DNA of 62,628 nucleotides, counting the filler, from Stramenopiles sp. TOSAG23-6 (taxonomy: Eukaryota): the NCBI GenBank assembly GCA_900128565.1. It is 10 parts of 10 records of this genome, joined end to end, with 100 filler letters (N's around TTAATTAATTAA, not from the genome) between each part and the next. Parts side by side here need not be neighbours in the genome. Positions count along the whole stretch, not along the records: positions 59,773 to 61,151 come from LT639145.1; positions 61,252 to 62,628 come from LT639146.1; 8 more parts are not named here. The stretch is one strand, 5' to 3'. Position numbers and translations under genes: made by a program. The notes beneath the pieces were generated by a model. That model searched no databases. It saw only the letters and a program-made list of their open reading frames with translations, and was not told the DNA's origin. Shown one piece after another: positions 59,855 to 62,628 of the stretch (positions are counted from its first letter, which is position 1; each line of letters begins with the position of its first letter).

Positions 59855-61151
59855 ATACATATTTGCTTTAAGAATAATTGAATGGGAAAAAGCATCAATG
59901 TTCTGTTTTGAACCCAATTGATCTTTTAATTTTTTTGTAATGATTAATCCAATATGTAAAATTGTAACTCTTGAAGGATCATTCGAATAACAGTTTTGAA
60001 ATGTAGTGATACTCAATTTTCTTTTTGACTGGTGATGATCTGTTTCAATGGAATGAACATTTTATATGAAAAAATATGTCACATTTTATTTTTTATACAT
60101 TTTTGTTAGGTACAAAATTTCATATGAAACATTAAATTTGAAATTCATAATGAAAACGTACTTTTGTTATATGAAGTTTATTCGACTTTTGAAGTGACCG
60201 AAAATCATATAACTGTCCTTGCCAAGTAAAAATACCATCCAATATGGCTCCTGTACTTTCGATACTTTGGTTAGGGTTAGGGTTTTCATGAATAAAATCA
60301 GGTAATAGCATTAATGTATTGTGAATTTTTTCTTTTTTTTTTGAAAAATTTGTTAGGTACAAAATTTCGTATGAAAAAAATAAATTCGAAATTTAAAAGC
60401 AATAATAATGAAAACGTACATAAAGCTTTGTCTTTGTTGTTTTGCTTGTTCTGAATTGATTTTTTTACCGATGATATTNTTTTTGATGTTGTTGATTTTG
60501 TTGTGTAATAAGGTACATCCCAAAAAATATCATTTTTATCATTTTTATCATTTTTATCATTTTCAGTAGAATGTTTTGTAAATAAAGAATGATGGTGTGT
60601 ATCTTTTTGTTTATGTAATATAAAATTGACATTTTCATCATCGAGTTCTAACTGTAAATGAAGTATTTCTGCTGCTTTAACTTCCTTATGAGATAATCTC
60701 CGATGATGTCTTTTATTACCTTGAGTATACAATATATTATGTGGTTCATTAACTGGTGTTGTACCCAATTCATTCGATGTAAGTATTCGTAAATTAAATG
60801 TATTTTGATACGTCTGAGTATTTTCAGGTTCGGAAAAACTTTCGAGATGAATTTTTTGTAGTAGGTCTTTTTGGTCTTTTTGTACCAAAGAGTAACACTG
60901 TATGATGATTTGAATACACAACAGAATGAAAAGGAATTTCTGTGTCATTGTCATAGTACAAAATCTTTTCGCGAGTGGTTTTTTGTTTATTTCGTTTGTT
61001 TCGTTTCAATGGGAAGATTTTTACTACTACTACAAGGTTCCGTTGAGAATTTGGAAAGTTTATTGGACTTACAAAAAAAAAATCTTTTTTTTTTTGTTTG
61101 AAACTCCGAAAATATCGATATGTAACGTAAATATTCGTCGTTTCGGCGATT
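59773..61151. repeat. Apparently exact duplicate of contig 58294-59672
   Basis: Same sequence, same N position, offset 1479. Confidence 0.95.
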
Positions 61152-61560
61152 NNNNNNNNNNNNNNNNNNNNNNNNNNNNNNNNNNNNNNNNNNNNTTAAT
61201 TAATTAANNNNNNNNNNNNNNNNNNNNNNNNNNNNNNNNNNNNNNNNNNNNCCTAATAATTTTCCAAAAAAAAAAAAAAAATGAAAGTGTAATCGCTGGA
61301 TGATTCATTCTGTGAAATTTCATGATACTCTTTTTCGAATTTATCCATCAACATTGAAATTGGATCCGTACTCTATTTTGTACCTAAAGAATTTCGAATT
61401 CTGTAGAGGTATGAAACATGTATAAAAAATCAAAAATCATAAATTTTTGGTTTTCTTTATTTTCTTTATTTTTTTCTATAATCTATAAGTATAAGTTGAA
61501 AGTACTAAATAACTCAACCCTAGACTCCTAACCCTAACCTTAACCATACTAAGACCTCAC

Positions 61561-62628
61561 TTATCGAATTTCTATGACTACAATTTTCAATGCTTTTTTA
61601 AAGCCCCTAACACGAAATTTCTCCGCCAAAATTGACCAAATTTCTCCTGGAGAACACCCTAACCCTACTATTTTGTTATCAAACGTTGAAGTTTTAGGTT
61701 TTGATATTTCATTCGAAAAGTTATTAAAATTGCTCAAGTTAAAAATACCCATACTAGGTACTGGAGGAAGATCTTCAATATTTGATTTTTTTGACTTTTT
61801 TGATTTTATTGATTTTTTTGATTTAAAAACATCTGTACCGTACTTAGCGTTAGTGTTCGTACATAACGATTTTCTAATATACTGAATCAATTCTAAGCAC
61901 TCCTCTTCACAGTTACAATATTTTAACATAATTATGCATTGCTCTTTTGACGCAATGCCAGAATATACAAATGTTCCAAAGAGACGTAAGGCACGAGACC
62001 TAGTAAGCTTTCTTATTTGTTGGTTTGTCATTTCTTTACACATATTCTGATAATTAGGGCAAGATAATGTTAAAAGATTTTTTAAACGCGATATTCGTTT
62101 TTCGTCTAGTAATTTATGACTATATCTTTTATTTCGCCAAGATTTAGTAAAAAAAGTATTCCTATGAAAAAGTTGTGAAAATTCCAAAAGCGATGAAAAT
62201 TCACATGTATTGTGATATATATATATATATTATTGTACAATTTGTTAGGCACTAAATTTCATACCAAAAAAAAAAAATTGAAATTCATGATGAAAATGTA
62301 CAGATTGCATTTTGATAACCACACAAAACCATTTCATCAAATATTGCCATTGATAAAAAATTACAAAGTTTTGTAGACAAAATATTATGGTCAAAAATGT
62401 ATCTCATCAGTATTTGATACGACAATTGTGGGGATAAAAGGGCGACATTATATGACGGGATTTCATAATCTAGTAATTGTTTAATCATTATATATATATC
62501 GGATCTATATGTATTTTGGAAAAATATTTCAAAAAAAATATCGTTAGGGACAAAATTTCGTACGAAAAAAAAAAAGAATTTGAAGAAAAATAAAACATAC
62601 ATATACTATTTGGTTTTTGTAGTGTTTT
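61561..62628 (-). CDS. Hypothetical protein, 3' exons; family GT-AT introns 62205-62301 and 62509-62600
   Basis: Single frame after intron removal. Confidence 0.65.

Noticed and set aside
58294-61151. Tandem gene duplication
   Set aside because: Two identical contigs with the same N position, separated by a spacer; most likely assembly redundancy
200-62600. CRISPR array or prokaryotic system
   Set aside because: The repeats are dispersed and interrupt eukaryotic genes; no spacer periodicity or cas genes
200-62600. Pseudogenes disrupted by MITEs, or an alternative genetic code
   Set aside because: Strict sense orientation and exact frame restoration in conserved genes; stop codons fall only inside the elements

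Overview
AT-rich eukaryotic DNA, probably a flagellated protist and possibly a stramenopile (inference). It consists of 10 contigs joined by N44-TTAATTAATTAA-N44 spacers, so adjacency across spacers is artificial. About 35 genes or fragments are present, including a CaMKK-like kinase, RER1, a WD40 protein, ACOT13, a SWIB protein, RPS5, a tetraspanin, DENR, a TARBP1-like protein, an MFS transporter, an AFG2-like AAA ATPase, sideroflexin, a pseudo-tyrosinase, LRR and ADAM-like proteins, and an intact Helitron RepHel ORF. The main observation is one family of sequence-similar introns, mostly 84-135 nt (introner-like), with consensus GTAYGTTTT...TTTCGTACGAAATTTTGTACCTAAC...GAAATATTTTTYCAMAATACAT. 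I reconstructed 36 complete copies by hand: 30 end in AT instead of AG, 3 in AG, 1 in AA and 2 in GT. Their removal restores conserved protein motifs. Three unrelated, longer GT-AG first introns coexist with them. A second pattern is short TTAGGG-type insertions inside exons, some flanked by direct duplications. All splice calls come from reading-frame and motif logic, not from RNA data.
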